Part shown: piece by piece, positions 1 through 12,127 of the stretch | Position numbering within the stretch: position 1 is the stretch's first letter | Layout: each line of letters starts with the position of its first letter | NCBI GenBank assembly: GCA_965287045.1 | Contig: OZ336882.1 | Location: 26,536,001 to 26,600,000 of the forward strand | Direction: 5' to 3' | Source of the DNA: Carcharhinus amblyrhynchos | Taxonomy: Eukaryota | Length of the DNA: 64,000 nt | The notes under the pieces: model-generated | The model's database searches: none | Seen by the model: only the letters and a program-made list of their open reading frames with translations | What the model was told of the DNA's origin: nothing | Position numbers and translations under genes: made by a program

Positions 1-410
1 CAATTCACGCTTTAGAAAGGATGTCAAGGCCTTAGAGAAGGTGCAGAGGAGATTTAATGGAACAGGTCGGTATCAAGATTAAAAAACATTGCTTCCAAAG
101 ACAGACTAAAGAAACTGTGGCTGTTTTCCTTGCGAGAGAGAAGGTTATAGGGAGACTCGATAGGGGCATTAAAAATCACGAAGGATATTGAGAATTAATA
201 ACAGCACAGAGATAGGGAACATGGATTAAGTTAAAGAGAGATGATATGAAGTAAAACATTTACAGACACAGCAGAAATGCAGATTTAAAACAACTAAAAG
301 CATAACTGAACAAATACAGGGAAAAGTCTGCAAGGCTGAGGGTAAAAAGCGGGGACGGTACTGACTGGATAGTTCGTTCACAATGGGCTGAATGTGTTTC
401 TGTGGCTCTA
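1..410 (+). mobile_element. Old CR1 LINE 3' fragment
   Basis: aggatgtcaaggccttagagaaggtgcagaggagattt (KDVKALEKVQRRF, CR1 ORF2 C-terminus), degenerate LFSL..RRL.GD motif and CR1-like 3' UTR. Confidence 0.75.
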
Positions 411-1134
411 ACGTGCTGACAGTGCAGGTGAGGGGCTGGGCTTGTGGGAACCAACAGTTTGAATGGAATGAGGAAGTGAGTGCAGTTTGTCTGTCACTGA
501 CTTCTTAAGTCTCACTTCATTGTCATTTTACTTTTGTGTTATTTGTCCAGTCTGTGGCAATGGGTGTGATGTGAAGCCTTGCAGTGTGACCTTAACTCCA
601 GTACATAAAGTGACGCTCTGAATACGCAATTTGATGGAGTTTGGAGTTGGCATGAAAGAAGAAGCAAGTGTCAGAAAGGAGTTGAGGTGGGCCAAGGCTG
701 TGTCGCAGTTTCATTGACATCTCCCTGTCGCTATTGCTGATGGCTGTGTGAAACCAACAAAAGATACTCTTCCCGAACAAGGGGAGGAAGAAGTCTGCAG
801 CTGAGATAAAGTTGATGTTGTCCTACCCTCCTGATTCACAGGAAGTGATTAATGAACTAATCAGGTCAGGAAGGTGAGTTTTGTGGGACATTCACTGCTG
901 TTCTCATCATTCCAGCCCCTGATTCAGCCTTCTTGGGTCAACTCCATAACATCATTCCTCACTCTTACCTATCTTGCACATGTGTCCATCCCTCCCTTTC
1001 TATGTGGTTTCTCACATCTGCATTCACCCACCCACCACTCTCACTCACCCTTATTATTATACAATGTTACTCCTCCTCCTCACCAAATGCACTTCATCCA
1101 GCAGGTGAACACTTGTTATTATTATCATTCATTC

Positions 1135-1492
1135 TTTTATTCATTCGTAGCACATGGGCACCATTGGCTGGCCAGCATTTATTGCCTATTCCTAGTTGCC
1201 CGAGGGCAGTTGAGAGTCAACCACATTGCCATGGATCTGGAGTCACATGTAGGCCAGACCAGGTAAGGACGGCAGATTTTCTTCCCTAAAGGACATCAGT
1301 GAGCCAGAAGGGTTTTACCGACAATCGGCAATGGTTTCATGGTCATCAGTAGATTCTCAGTTTCACATCTTTTTTATTGAATTCAAATTGCATCATTTAC
1401 CAAGGTGGGATTCGAACTCTGGTCCCCAGAACGTTAGCTGAGTTTCTAGGTTAATATCCTAGTGATAATACCACTAGGCCATTGCCTCCCAG
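1135..1492 (-). mobile_element. tRNA-headed SINE, family B (tail shared with L2/Crack-like LINE)
   Basis: Reverse complement of the intact copy at 57641-58002. Confidence 0.9.
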
Positions 1493-1782
1493 TGTGCCTG
1501 TTTTTTACCTCTCAGTTGGAAGAGAGAGCACAGAAGACCAGGGAGAGGAAACAAACTGCAGGAGGTCGCCACAGAATACAGAGCTTGCCAGGGCAGAGGA
1601 GGAATTATGAAATCCCAGAATATCAGAGATGGGAGATGGGGAGCTTCCAGGTGTCTAGAGACATGATTAAATAAAAGGCATTCACATCATACTACACTCA
1701 GTCACATTGACTTGATTTCAATAGTGAATTAAATATGATCATCTTCATAATAACTTGTGCCATTCTTCCCATGCTAGTATGA

Positions 1783-1785
<3 letters not shown>

Positions 1786-1813
<28 letters not shown>
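1786..1813. repeat. (CA)n microsatellite
   Basis: Direct inspection. Confidence 0.95.
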
Positions 1814-1816
<3 letters not shown>

Positions 1817-2332
1817 GCGCGCACGTGGCAGGAGTTGGTTAACTTGACTCCTTAGTCCTTTTAAGGGTCATAGGACTATTCCAAGCATGCTGTCAGCATC
1901 CTTCCATCTACATGAGATGAAGGACGTGCAGTAAAATCCGTTGGAAGTGGGATTGTTTTATATGCTGCCTACAATGTACCAGCTCAGGTATTTAACTTTC
2001 AGATCAGCAAGGCAGAGAGTTGGACTTTAACTTGGTGACACACGTTTCACATAGTAAAGGGGAGCAGATTATGGAGACAAGGATAGCAGCGGCACGGCCT
2101 CGTCAGAGGGTGCAGCCCTTGCTATTCAGCCAGACACACAAGCTGTATCTCGGAGATGGTGATAGAAAGACATTGAGCAACCATAGCAAACAATTCATGA
2201 TGCACTGACAGATCTTCAACGTAGAATTACCAGGATGGCAGAGGAATTGAAGAGACCACCACAAGCGTGAGGAGGACAAAGTCACAGGTCACTGAGATGG
2301 AAAGAGTGGCCAACACCATGGGCCATCATTAT

Positions 2333-2806
2333 GCGGCATGGTTAGGTGGATTGGCCATGCTAAACTGACTCGAGTGTCAGGGGGATTAGCAGGGTAAATA
2401 CGAGTTATGGGAATACAGCCTTGGTGGGATTGTGGTTGATGCAGAGTCAATGGACCAGATAGCCTCCTTCTGCACTGTAGGGATTTTACGATGGCGCAGT
2501 GGTTAGCATTGCTGCCTCACAGCGCCAGGGACCCAGGTTCAATTTCTGCCTCTGGTGACTGTCGATGTGGAGTTTGCACATTCTCCCCACATCTGCATAG
2601 ATTTCCTCTGGGTGCTCCGGTTTCCTCTCATATTCCAAAGGATGTGCAGGTTAGGCGGATTGGTCATGATAAATTGACCCTTGTTGTCAGGGGGATTAGC
2701 AAGGGTCAATGAATGGGGCTACGGCGATAGGGCCTGGTTGGGATTGTTATTGGTGCAGACTCAATGGGCCAAATGGTTTCCTTCTGCACAGTGTGGATTC
2801 TATGTT
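2333..2806 (+). mobile_element. Two tandem HE1-type V-SINEs (internally deleted copy, then near-full copy)
   Basis: tggcgcagtggttagcattgctgcctcacagcgccagggacccaggttcaatt head, gggtgctccggtttcctc core and CR1-type tail ggattctatg. Confidence 0.9.
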
Positions 2807-3198
2807 CATCACTCAAGGTTTTTCCACAATTCTTAATTCAAGATGGTTCTAAATTAATCTAAAACTTCTGGAAATTTCAAGTTTGCACCATATCCATTAT
2901 ACAACAGTTGCTCAGTTATTGAAGACATGCTTCCTGAGTTCTACATTTGGGTCTCAGTCAGGCCACATACTGGAAGGAGTTCAATTTCTTTACACTAATT
3001 CTGTTCGTGAAATTATTTGAAATGCATTAATTTATTTGATTGAATCTTTTTTGTATGATAACTGTTTGGGAGCAGCTTAGCTTACACTTGTTATTCTCAC
3101 AGAGTGACAAAGCTGATATTGGAAACTCAATGTGGATGGATGGACACAGATCAGCACCAACATTCTATCATACCATGATGCTATGTACAGGTATTAGA

Positions 3199-5040
3199 TG
3201 TCATGGATCTGCCTAATAACAGCAATAACAATAATTCAACAAGGCATGATAGGATGCAACCTGCCTAGGAAGAAACCTCTATACCAACAGCAGTAGCCAG
3301 CATTCAAAAGGCGTGACTTTCCTGGTAACAATATTAGCAATCCTCTAAAAGAACAGGTGTAAATCACCCTATTAATAGGAAACAGCTTCTCTAGATGACT
3401 GAGAGAAAAGTGGAGGTATACAAATGCTAATTTCTAGAGTCATGGAATTTGAGAGATGCAGACAGCCAAATCACAGAATGAAGAATCAAAGAGGGAAATG
3501 GTATAACTACCAGCACCTTCAGAAGCAGGCAGGCCAGTTTACTACTGCTGGGAGACTAGGCCCACACCTAAATCGTAGAATCAAGGCAGTACAGAAACCT
3601 TTGTAACGGCAGTTTAAATATCTTTGCTGGACCAGGAAAAGACATTCCTCAGGCTTGATCTTCAGCCTTGTATTGCATGGTAACCATGAGCTGGATTTAA
3701 TGGAAGTTGTTCGGGATGCCAGGGATCGTAGATAAATTTTAGAACCAGGAGTAATTTTTTTCATAAACTGTGGGTTCGATTTTACCATTGCGTCGTGTCC
3801 ATTTTCAGGTGTGAAAATGTGGTAAAGTCGGGCATGAGACCATTAACGTGATCCGTGCCCGCGTCACACAGGTGCTCACTGTCACAGAGGCCCGAAAATG
3901 GCTGCGATCCGATTCACGCCCGAAATGGGCACAACGGTGACTTAAATCCAATTGCATGCATTTAAATTGAATTAATGAACTGCCCGCCCATCTTTATCAG
4001 CATTTCACCCTATACCATCACATTCGCCCGTCCAGATTCGGCACAAAACAGACATGCTCAGCAAAGGTCTGTTTCAGGGACTCCAGCTTCCAACAGTTCT
4101 CTGACTCACATCGGTGGTGGGGGTGCGGGACGGAGGCAGGTAAGATCGTTCTCTGGTGTGGAGGGGGTGGGTGGGAGAAGGGAGGCCCGATCATTTTCTG
4201 GTGGGGGGAGGAAGGAGGAGGTGAGTCAGATATATCTCTGGTGGATGGGGAGGAGGGAGGACAGATTGCTCTCTGGGGGGGGGGCCAGATTTTTGTCTGA
4301 TTGGAAGGGTGGTAGGGGAGGCGAGCCTGATCATTCTCTGGTTGGGGGGGGGGGGCGGGGGGAGGAGTGCAGATAGTTGCCTGTTGGGGGAGGGAAGGCC
4401 GACCGTTCTCTGGGAAGAGGGGACAGGGGAGGTCTGCTGCTACTTTGCGGGTGATCGGTGGGGGTAAGGGGGATAGAGGGTCACGATCTGTCTGGATAGT
4501 GGGGGGTGGGGGGGATGAGTGGATTAGGGGGACAGTTATGTTGTGAGGATGGGGCGATGTCTGTGGGGGCCATCGCTCCTGCTTTTCACTCCCGGGCTGC
4601 TTTATCCGCTTTTGGCGGCCCCGGAGCGATGTGACAGCAACACAATTGTCAATTCTCTTTCTAACTGCGCACGCGCAGTTCAGAGGTCTGATCGTTTCGG
4701 GCGCGATAAGTCCCGCTCATAGCACAATTCAAACCCACGATTTTTGTTTCAGGCTGAGTGCTAATGGGGGCGCCTGAAAGCAGATTTTCAAGTTGGATCT
4801 GAATTGCACCCAGATTTAGCACTTAGAATGAAAGTGGTAAAATTGGGCCCAGTGTGTGTTTTTTGTGATTCTTACGCTTAATTATCTTTGAGTATCGTCG
4901 TCCTGTTCATGTGCATTTGTCTTTAATTTATTAAATGGTCTTCAGTAAATGTTATATGACGACTGAACTGGTTCTTTTCACTGGGACTCCTCACACCAGT
5001 CCAAAAACAAAGCTATAAACTGCCACGATCTGGTTGTGAC
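3199..5040 (+). mobile_element. Probable solo LTR interrupted by a Harbinger-like element
   Basis: Starts tgtcatg and ends ttgtgac, with LTR-like composition; no TSD verifiable. Confidence 0.35.
3772..4850. mobile_element. GC/CpG-rich non-autonomous PIF/Harbinger-like DNA transposon
   Basis: Imperfect TIRs gggttcgattttacca / tggtaaaattgggccc; internal G-rich degenerate tandem units (agatcgttctctggtggggg) at 4110-4520. Confidence 0.7.
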
Positions 5041-6667
5041 CAAAATGATACATGTCTTTTCTTCCTCAAACTGAACAAAGTTTTACCTGGATTTTTTTTT
5101 CCTCTGGGGATAAGCTATCATTAGCAAGTTTAACAGTGAACTGCATTCTAATGCATTGTACCACAAAACCACAAGCAAAACCTTAAAGCATTGACAAGAG
5201 ATAAGAAATGAGGAGTGGTCAGAATTAATGAAACATCTACTTATGTCCCGAAACAAACAGCAAAAATATAAAATCTGAAATATTGTAAGACAGTTTCAGT
5301 CAAAATCTCACAAAGTGTATTTTTAAACAATTCCTCCCAGCATTGGTCATAGTTAATTAGAAAAAAGGTTCAAAAGTTATATACAGCCTATACTAATCCT
5401 TAAATAACATTGTCTCATAATAGCCTAGAAACAATATGAAATACCTTCTGATTAAGACAAGGCTTTGTTGTTTTTTTTACATAAGTACATTTATTCTGAT
5501 TATATTAAAAGAATAAACATGTGAACTATTACATAATTTATCAAATTATTAATAGTTCACATGTTTATTCTTTTAATTTGGATCACCCTCACAGGTAACA
5601 TCAGCGTGATTTGTGACATAGACAACAGATTTTTCTGCAAAATAAGAATTACTGGGCAATATCATTGCTTAATTACTAAAATGAACCCAATTATAATTTT
5701 TTTACATACAGTTTACTATTAAGTTCACCATTTGCTGTGGAGAAGCAGAGGGCCATTTAAATTCAATCTCTTTTTATGCATGTTTTGTTCTTACGCTCTT
5801 TACATCAATGAATTTGACTGTAACTGGACCTGTCAGATTATAATGCAGGGATGGTTTCAATGACTCATTTTAAATGATTATGGACAATCTGCATTATCCA
5901 TCTTTCAATCCAGTGAGCAACACATTTTTAACACTGCAGTCCTTTAACCTTTCTAACAGTTAATCACCCAAGAAATCACGATCAATCATCTAGTGGTGAT
6001 TATCAAAGATTAATAAGTCGTAAATTTCCTATTACTAAATGGAGATTACTATGATATAGAACGTTTTAATCTGCATGGCCATTACTTGTAAGAAGTCATG
6101 CAACCATTCACAAATCCTCTAAGCTCTGACATTTATTGGCCATTAATTTTATGCAACCTTGATAAATTATGTAATAGTTCACATGTTTATTCTTTTAATA
6201 TAATCAGAATAAGTGTACTTATGGAAAAAAACAACAAAGCCTTGTCTTAATCAGAAGATATTTCATATTGTTTCTAGGCTATTATGAGACAATGTTATTT
6301 AAGGATTAGTATAGGCTGTATATAATTTTTGAACCTTTTTTCTAATTAACTATGACCAATGCTGGGAGGAATTGTTTAAAAATACACTTTGTGAGATTTT
6401 GACTGAAACTGTCTTACAATATTTCAGATTTTATATTTTTGCTGTTTGTTTCAGGAAATAAGTAAATGTTTCATTAATTCTGACCACTCCCCATTTCTTT
6501 TCTCTTGTCAATGCTTTAAGGTTTTGCTTGTGGTTTTGTGGTACAATGCATTAGAATGCAGTTCACTGTTAAACTTGCTAATGATAGCTTATCCCCAGAG
6601 AAAAAAATATCCAGGTAAAACTTTGTTCAGTTTGAGGAAGAAAAGACATGCATCATTTTGGTCACAA
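5034..6667. repeat. Long inverted repeat: arms 5034-5544 and 6159-6667, 614-bp spacer
   Basis: Arms are reverse complements along their whole length with only scattered substitutions. Confidence 0.97.
5720..6158. promoter_or_regulatory. Putative conserved non-coding/enhancer-like island
   Basis: Unique AT-rich sequence dense in homeodomain-type motifs (GTCGTAAA, TTTATTGG, GATTAAT, CTGTCA, TGACTCA). Motif-based inference only. Confidence 0.3.
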
Positions 6668-6714
6668 TGATATTGAATTCAATGATGCAGCTACACTTTA
6701 TATTACTGGAGAAA

Positions 6715-7090
6715 AGTTTTAACTAAAGTTGAGAAGGACAAAAGTAGGCCAAAGAGCAGAGAAAAACATTTGGGAAATGATGATTTTTAAGGGGATGAAG
6801 GTGGCATTCAGGAAACTAAACTGAGAAAATTTACTGACAAAAGAAATAGAACAGCAGTGGGAAATGCTTAAAACACTGAACACTGGGGTCCAGGGGAAAT
6901 ATATTCCACTAACAATCATAAACAAACCTGCCAGTAATGATATACCATGGACAAATAAAGAAACAAGATAAATAAAAGAAACAGGACGAGCACTAAATAT
7001 ATAGATAACAAAGGTGAGTTGGACAAAAAGGAAGTATGAAAATGTTAGAAATTAAGGAAGAACCAATTAGAAAGGCAAAGAGAAATTATA
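6715..7090 (+). mobile_element. Old CR1 ORF2 internal fragment
   Basis: Degenerate DFKGM...EIEQQWEMLK...VQGKYIP segment found just after the CR1 endonuclease. Confidence 0.65.
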
Positions 7091-7959
7091 CATTGTGCTA
7101 ATGGCCTGAGAGGCCACTTTCTGTGCTGTCATTGGCTGCGTGGATGGAATTCCACTCCAGCCCTACCCCAGAATGGGTTGGCAGGTGGGTGGGCCAGGGG
7201 CTATACAATCGGCTGCCACAGCCGATTTCACCTGGCACCCACACCACGAGGCGTGGATAACTCCAACGTTTTGATTAAGCACCAGATGACAAGCTGTGCA
7301 CAGAGGGAAGAGGCAACTTAAGATACTCAGGAAATACCTCTACCTCTAACCCAACCAAAAGCAGTGTCTGAAGCAGCTAAAGCTGCTCATGTTGAGTTAT
7401 TTCAATAACCCCACTTCATGCAGATATTTGTAAAGCCCTGCTCGTCATCACACCTCCTTACTCCACCTCGCCCACTTTTAACCACTTTCCATCCCCCTTA
7501 CCCTCTCAGTCACTCACCTCTCTTTGTCCCTGCTCACTACTGTCATCTTCCTCACCCGTTCTGCACAGCCTTATCCTATTAACTCCCCCTTACCTACCCT
7601 CCCGGTATCCACTTGGTATGTGGAGCTCATGAGCCCTATAATAACACGTAGAAGTCCTTGAGAAGCTTATAATCTGTCAAAATATACAAACATAACTTGA
7701 AGGGATGCTTGAAAAATATCCTCTTAAAATTTAATAAATCTGTCAAAAACAAATCCATACTCCCCTGCACAACTGTGTAAGCAAACCCTGGAGTACAGAA
7801 TCCATTAAAGTTTAGAAAGCAGCCAAACCATCATTCCCAGCACAGTTGTGCGAACAAAACTAGCAGTTCAAAGTCCATTAGTGGTTTGGACGGAAGCCAA
7901 ACTGAAGGCTGTTCTGTAAATAATAAATGAAAACATCTGTGAAACAGCCAAACAAAGAC

Positions 7960-9770
7960 TATGGCATAAAAGCGAATTACTTGAGGATGCTGCAATCTGA
8001 AACAAATATAGAAAATGCTGGAAAATCTCAGCAGGTCTGACAGCATCTGTGGAGAGAGAATAGAACTAACACTTCAGGTGTGAATAATCCTTTGTCAGAG
8101 CTGAAGACAATAAATAAATAAGGTGATAGTTATACTGTATGGACAAGGGGAGAGATGGGGATTGACAAAGATGTCATAGACAGGAAGACAAAGGGAATGT
8201 AAATGGTGGTGATCATTGCTAAGAAGGGTGCTGATAGCGGCCTATTAAGAGATCAGACTCTGTAATTGGCAGGACAAAGATAAGCTGAGTATCAAAGGAC
8301 AACCTAGAGCAGGTAACAGAGAACCTCTAATGGAGCTGAGGGAGGGGAGACTGTAGTGATGGAAGGTGAGAGGTGGAAAAATGAAATGATGGAAGAAATT
8401 GAAGTAAATTTAAAAACTAATCAATTCAATGCAATAAAACATAGAAATGGGGTGATGGTGGAGGAGAGGGTTTGTGCTCTGAAGTTGTTGAACGCAGTGT
8501 TTAGTTCGGGAGGCTCTAAAGTGTCTAATTGGAAGATCAGGTGCTGCTCCTCCAGTTTGCATTGGGCGTCCCTGGAACATTATAATTGGCCAAGGCGGAC
8601 ATGCGGACAGGAGAGCACGATGGCCTGTTAAAATGGCTTGCGGATGGACTGAAGGTGTTCTGCAAAGCAGTCACCCAGTCTGCATTTAGTTCTCTCTGAT
8701 ATAGAGCAGACCACATTGGAAGCAGGGAATGCAATAGAACAGATTGAAGAAGATGCATGTGAAACATCACTTCACCTGAAACAAATGTTTAGACTCTTGG
8801 ATGGTGAGCAGGAAGGAGGTAAAGGGGCAGATGGTACATTTTCTGTAATTGCATGGGAAGGTGCCATGGGCAGGGGATGAGGTGTTGGGTGGATGAAGGA
8901 GTGGACCAGGGTATCCCAGAGGGAACAGTCCCTGCAGAATGCTAAAGATGAGTGAGGGGAAGGTGTGTTTGGTGGTGGCAGCATGCTGGAATTGGCAGAA
9001 ATAGTGGAGATGATTCTTCGAATGTGGAGGCTGGTGGGGTGAAAAGTGAAGACAAGGGGGACCCTATCCTAGTTTCTGGGGAGGGAGGGGAGGAGGTGAG
9101 AGCAATGGTGCTAGATGGGTCAGACACCGTTGCAAGTCCTGTCAGCCACAATGGGTGGGGAACCACGATTAAGAAGAAGGAAGACATATTGGCAGCACCA
9201 TTTGGAAAATGGCATCATCGGAACAGATACAATGGAGATGAACATAAGAAATAGGAATTGAGAGAATAGGATGGAGTCCTTCCAGGACGTGAGGCATGAA
9301 GAGTTGTAGTCAAAGTAGCTGTGGGAGTCGGTGAGCTTGTAATGGAAACAGAGAAGTCAAGGAAGGGAAGTGTCGGAGGTGTAACACATGAAGGTGATAG
9401 AGGGGTGGAAATTGGAAGTAGGATAGATCACTTTTTCCACGTCCAGACGAGAGCATGAAGTAGCAAATAAAAAGTCATCGATGTACGGGTAAAAGAGTTG
9501 TGGGAGGGGACCGGAGTAGGACTGGAACAAGGAATGTTCCACATACCCCATAAAGAGACAGGCATAACTAGGACCCATGTGAGTGTCCTTAGCTCCACCC
9601 TTCATGTAGAAGAAGTGAGACAAGTTAAAGGAGAAATTGATGAGCGAGAGGACCAAGTTCAGTCAGGTGTAGAGTGGTGGTGGATGGGGATTGAGGAAGA
9701 GGCAGCGAGCTCTCAGGCCATCCTGGTGGGGAATGGAGGTAGAGGGATTGGACATACATGGTAAAGTGGA
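7960..9770 (-). mobile_element. Penelope-like element, family 2 (RT C-terminal half, GIY-YIG, pseudo-LTR), decayed
   Basis: ORF 9357-9656 has G...THMGPSYACLFMGYVE...YIDD (PLE RT). Segment 8660-8780 encodes NLFYCIPC..CGLLYIRE-like GIY-YIG. Terminus gatgctgtcagacctgctgagattttccagcattttc. Confidence 0.9.
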
Positions 9771-10125
9771 GGTTATGTCATAGTGATAATGTCACTGGAC
9801 TAGCAATCCAGAGACTCTGGCTAATCCTCTGGAGCCATAGGATAAAACCCCATCATGTGAGATGGTACAATTTGAATTCAGTTAATATAACTTGTTAAAG
9901 TGACTATAATTGTTGTATTAACTCACCTGGTTCACTGATACCCTATTGGAAAGGAAATCTGCTCCCCCTTACATGGTCTGGCTTACATAGGACTCCAGAT
10001 CCACAGCTGTGTGTTTGACATTTAATTGCCCTTCGAAATAGCCTGGCAAGCCACTCAACTTAAGAGCAATTAGGGTTAGGTTGCAAGCGCTAGTCTTGTC
10101 AGTGATGTCTAAATCCCATGACGAA
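9770..10125 (+). mobile_element. SINE family B, diverged
   Basis: ctggttcactgata...ggaaatctgc...ggtctggcttacata core and tail. Confidence 0.8.
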
Positions 10126-10329
10126 GATGCTAAGGTCTTCATTAAAAAAATGACAGCCATGGGAAAAGCTTAACCAATTAGCTATTGATCTGACACTGGG
10201 ATACACTTTAATGTTGAACAATGCAGAATATCTATAGCATTTTATCCAGTGCATGGTCTATTCTAATCTAAAGACTTTTCACCTTTACAATGATGACCAG
10301 CTGATGGAGACTGGGCAAGCAGTCAAAGG

Positions 10330-10617
10330 GTCCCTGCAGTGCAGAAGGAGGCCATTCAGCCCATCAAGTCTGCACCGACCACAATCCCACCCAGGCCGTA
10401 TTCCCGTAACCCCACGTATTTACCCTGCTAATTTCACTGACACTAAGGGGCAATTTAGCATGGCCAATCAACCTAACCTGCACATCTTTGGACTATGGGA
10501 GGAAACTGGAGCACCCAGAGGAAACCCATGCAGACATGGGGAGGATGTTCAAACTCCACACAGGGACTGACCCAAGGCCGGAATCGAACACAGGCCTGTG
10601 GCACTGTGAGGCAGCAG
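10330..10617 (-). mobile_element. HE1-type V-SINE
   Basis: Reverse complement of HE1 head, core and CR1-type tail. Confidence 0.9.
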
Positions 10618-11009
10618 TCTTTTCCTCTAGTTTTGGTAGCTGTGGCTGGCACCTTCTTGGTGCAGCGGGTAATGGCAAAGCTGTCAGTCAATTGGATTGG
10701 CCAACAACCCTCGTTAATCAGCTCGCAACACTTTATGGCTGAGTCCTGTGTCCATGGGCAGCATGTTGGTTCCATGGTGATGTTGCTTCTTGGGTTGAGG
10801 GGCAGGGTTTCACAAACATTATCTGTAATACATTCTGCAATGAAGGCATTGTGAGCAAGCTTTATAACAAAATACTGACTGCTTCCAAAAATATCCATGA
10901 ATGCATTCATTTTGTTCAGAAGCACAACTCTCTCGTAAAGCAATATTGCAAATGATTCTTCCTGACTGAATTTGGCAGGAAATGTATCTCAGAATGATTA
11001 TAGCACAGA

Positions 11010-11440
11010 AGGAGGTCATTCAGCCCATCTTGTCTATGCCATCAGCACAGGTGTAATTCACCTAGTGCCCCCACCTTCTCTGCAGAGCCGTATCTTTTCA
11101 AATCCCTCTTAAATATCTCAATTGAATCTGTCTATACTACATTCTAGAGAACTGCATTCCAAATCCTAACCATTCACTGCATGAACAATGTTTCCCTCAT
11201 ATCGTCATTGCTTCTCTTGCCAATTACCTCAAATTTGTGCCATTGTGTTCTCGATTCTTCCATCAAATGGAGCAGTTTTCCCTTATCTATTCTGTCCAGA
11301 CCCCTCATGGCTTTAATTACTTCTATGGAATCTCCTCTCAACCTTCCCTTCAAAGAAAACAGTCCCAACTTCTCTATTTCATCTCCATAGCTGAACTTCC
11401 TCATCCTTGGAACTATTCTTGTGAATCTTTTTTGCACTCT
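11010..11440 (-). mobile_element. CR1 3' fragment
   Basis: ORF 11174-11455: RVQKRFTRIVP...LGLFSLKGRLRGDSIEVIK. Confidence 0.85.
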
Positions 11441-11446
11441 CTTTCT

Positions 11447-11760
11447 GGGCAGCACGGTGGCACAGTGGCTAGCACTGCTGCCTCACACTGCCAGGGATCC
11501 AGGTTTGATTCCTGATTTGGGTCACTGTCCGTGTGGACTCTGCAGGTTCTCTCGTGTCTGCATGTGTTTCCTCCGGGTGCTCTGTTTTCCTCCCACAGTC
11601 TGAAAGATACACTGATTAGGTGCATTGGCCATGCTAAATTCTCCCTCAGTGCACTTGAACAGGTGCCGGAGAGTGGCGACTAGAGGATTTTCACAGTAAC
11701 TTCATTGCAGTGTTAATGTAAGCCTACTTGAGACACTAATAAGTAAACTTAAATGAACTT
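11447..11760 (+). mobile_element. HE1-type V-SINE with alternative tail (type B)
   Basis: HE1 head and core followed by ggcgactagaggattttcacagtaacttcattgcagtgttaatgtaagcctac...taaactt. Confidence 0.9.
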
Positions 11761-11844
11761 TGATTAGATCATTGGGAAATTAAACTATGATAACTTCAGA
11801 AATACATCTGAACGGAGCTGTCCCATAGCAAAGACGATTTGCAT

Positions 11845-12127
11845 TTGTTGGGGAGACACCACTTTAACCTGTGCTTAACCCCCTCTCTACTCACATTGTC
11901 TGTACCTGTAAAGATTTGATTACCTGTTAAGACTTGCATTCCAACCATTATCTCGTAATTGAGTTTGTGTCTACATATGCCCTGTTCGTGAACCCGGGTT
12001 TCCTCACCTGAAGAAGGAACAGTGCTCCAAAACTCATGCTACCAAATAAACCTGTTGGACTTTAACCTGGTGTTGTGAGACTTCTTACTGTGCTTACCCC
12101 AGTCCAACGCCGGCACCTCCGCATCAC
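11845..12127 (+). mobile_element. Penelope family 1 pseudo-LTR with tail
   Basis: Matches 35785-36080; degenerate hammerhead at 12005-12038. Confidence 0.85.

Larger units (their letters stand above)
690..2330 (+). pseudogene. Decayed multi-exon Myb/SANT-like accessory gene of a PIF/Harbinger transposon
   Basis: Exon 1 reads FIDISLSLLLMAV*NQQKILFPNKGRKKSAAEIK...INELIRSG then donor gtgagt at 874. Acceptor tttttacctctcag at ~1514 precedes EERAQKTRERKQTAGG, matching the FNDL.RSG|EKRAHN.RER..TGGG pattern of Harbinger Myb-like proteins. Stops and frameshifts are present. Confidence 0.6.

Noticed and set aside
3975-4376. Gly-rich 133-aa ORF
   Set aside because: Translation of G-tracts inside a DNA transposon
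10253-10943. Cluster of overlapping ORFs up to 156 aa
   Set aside because: Largely HE1 SINE sequence; the remainder has no recognisable domain or splice support
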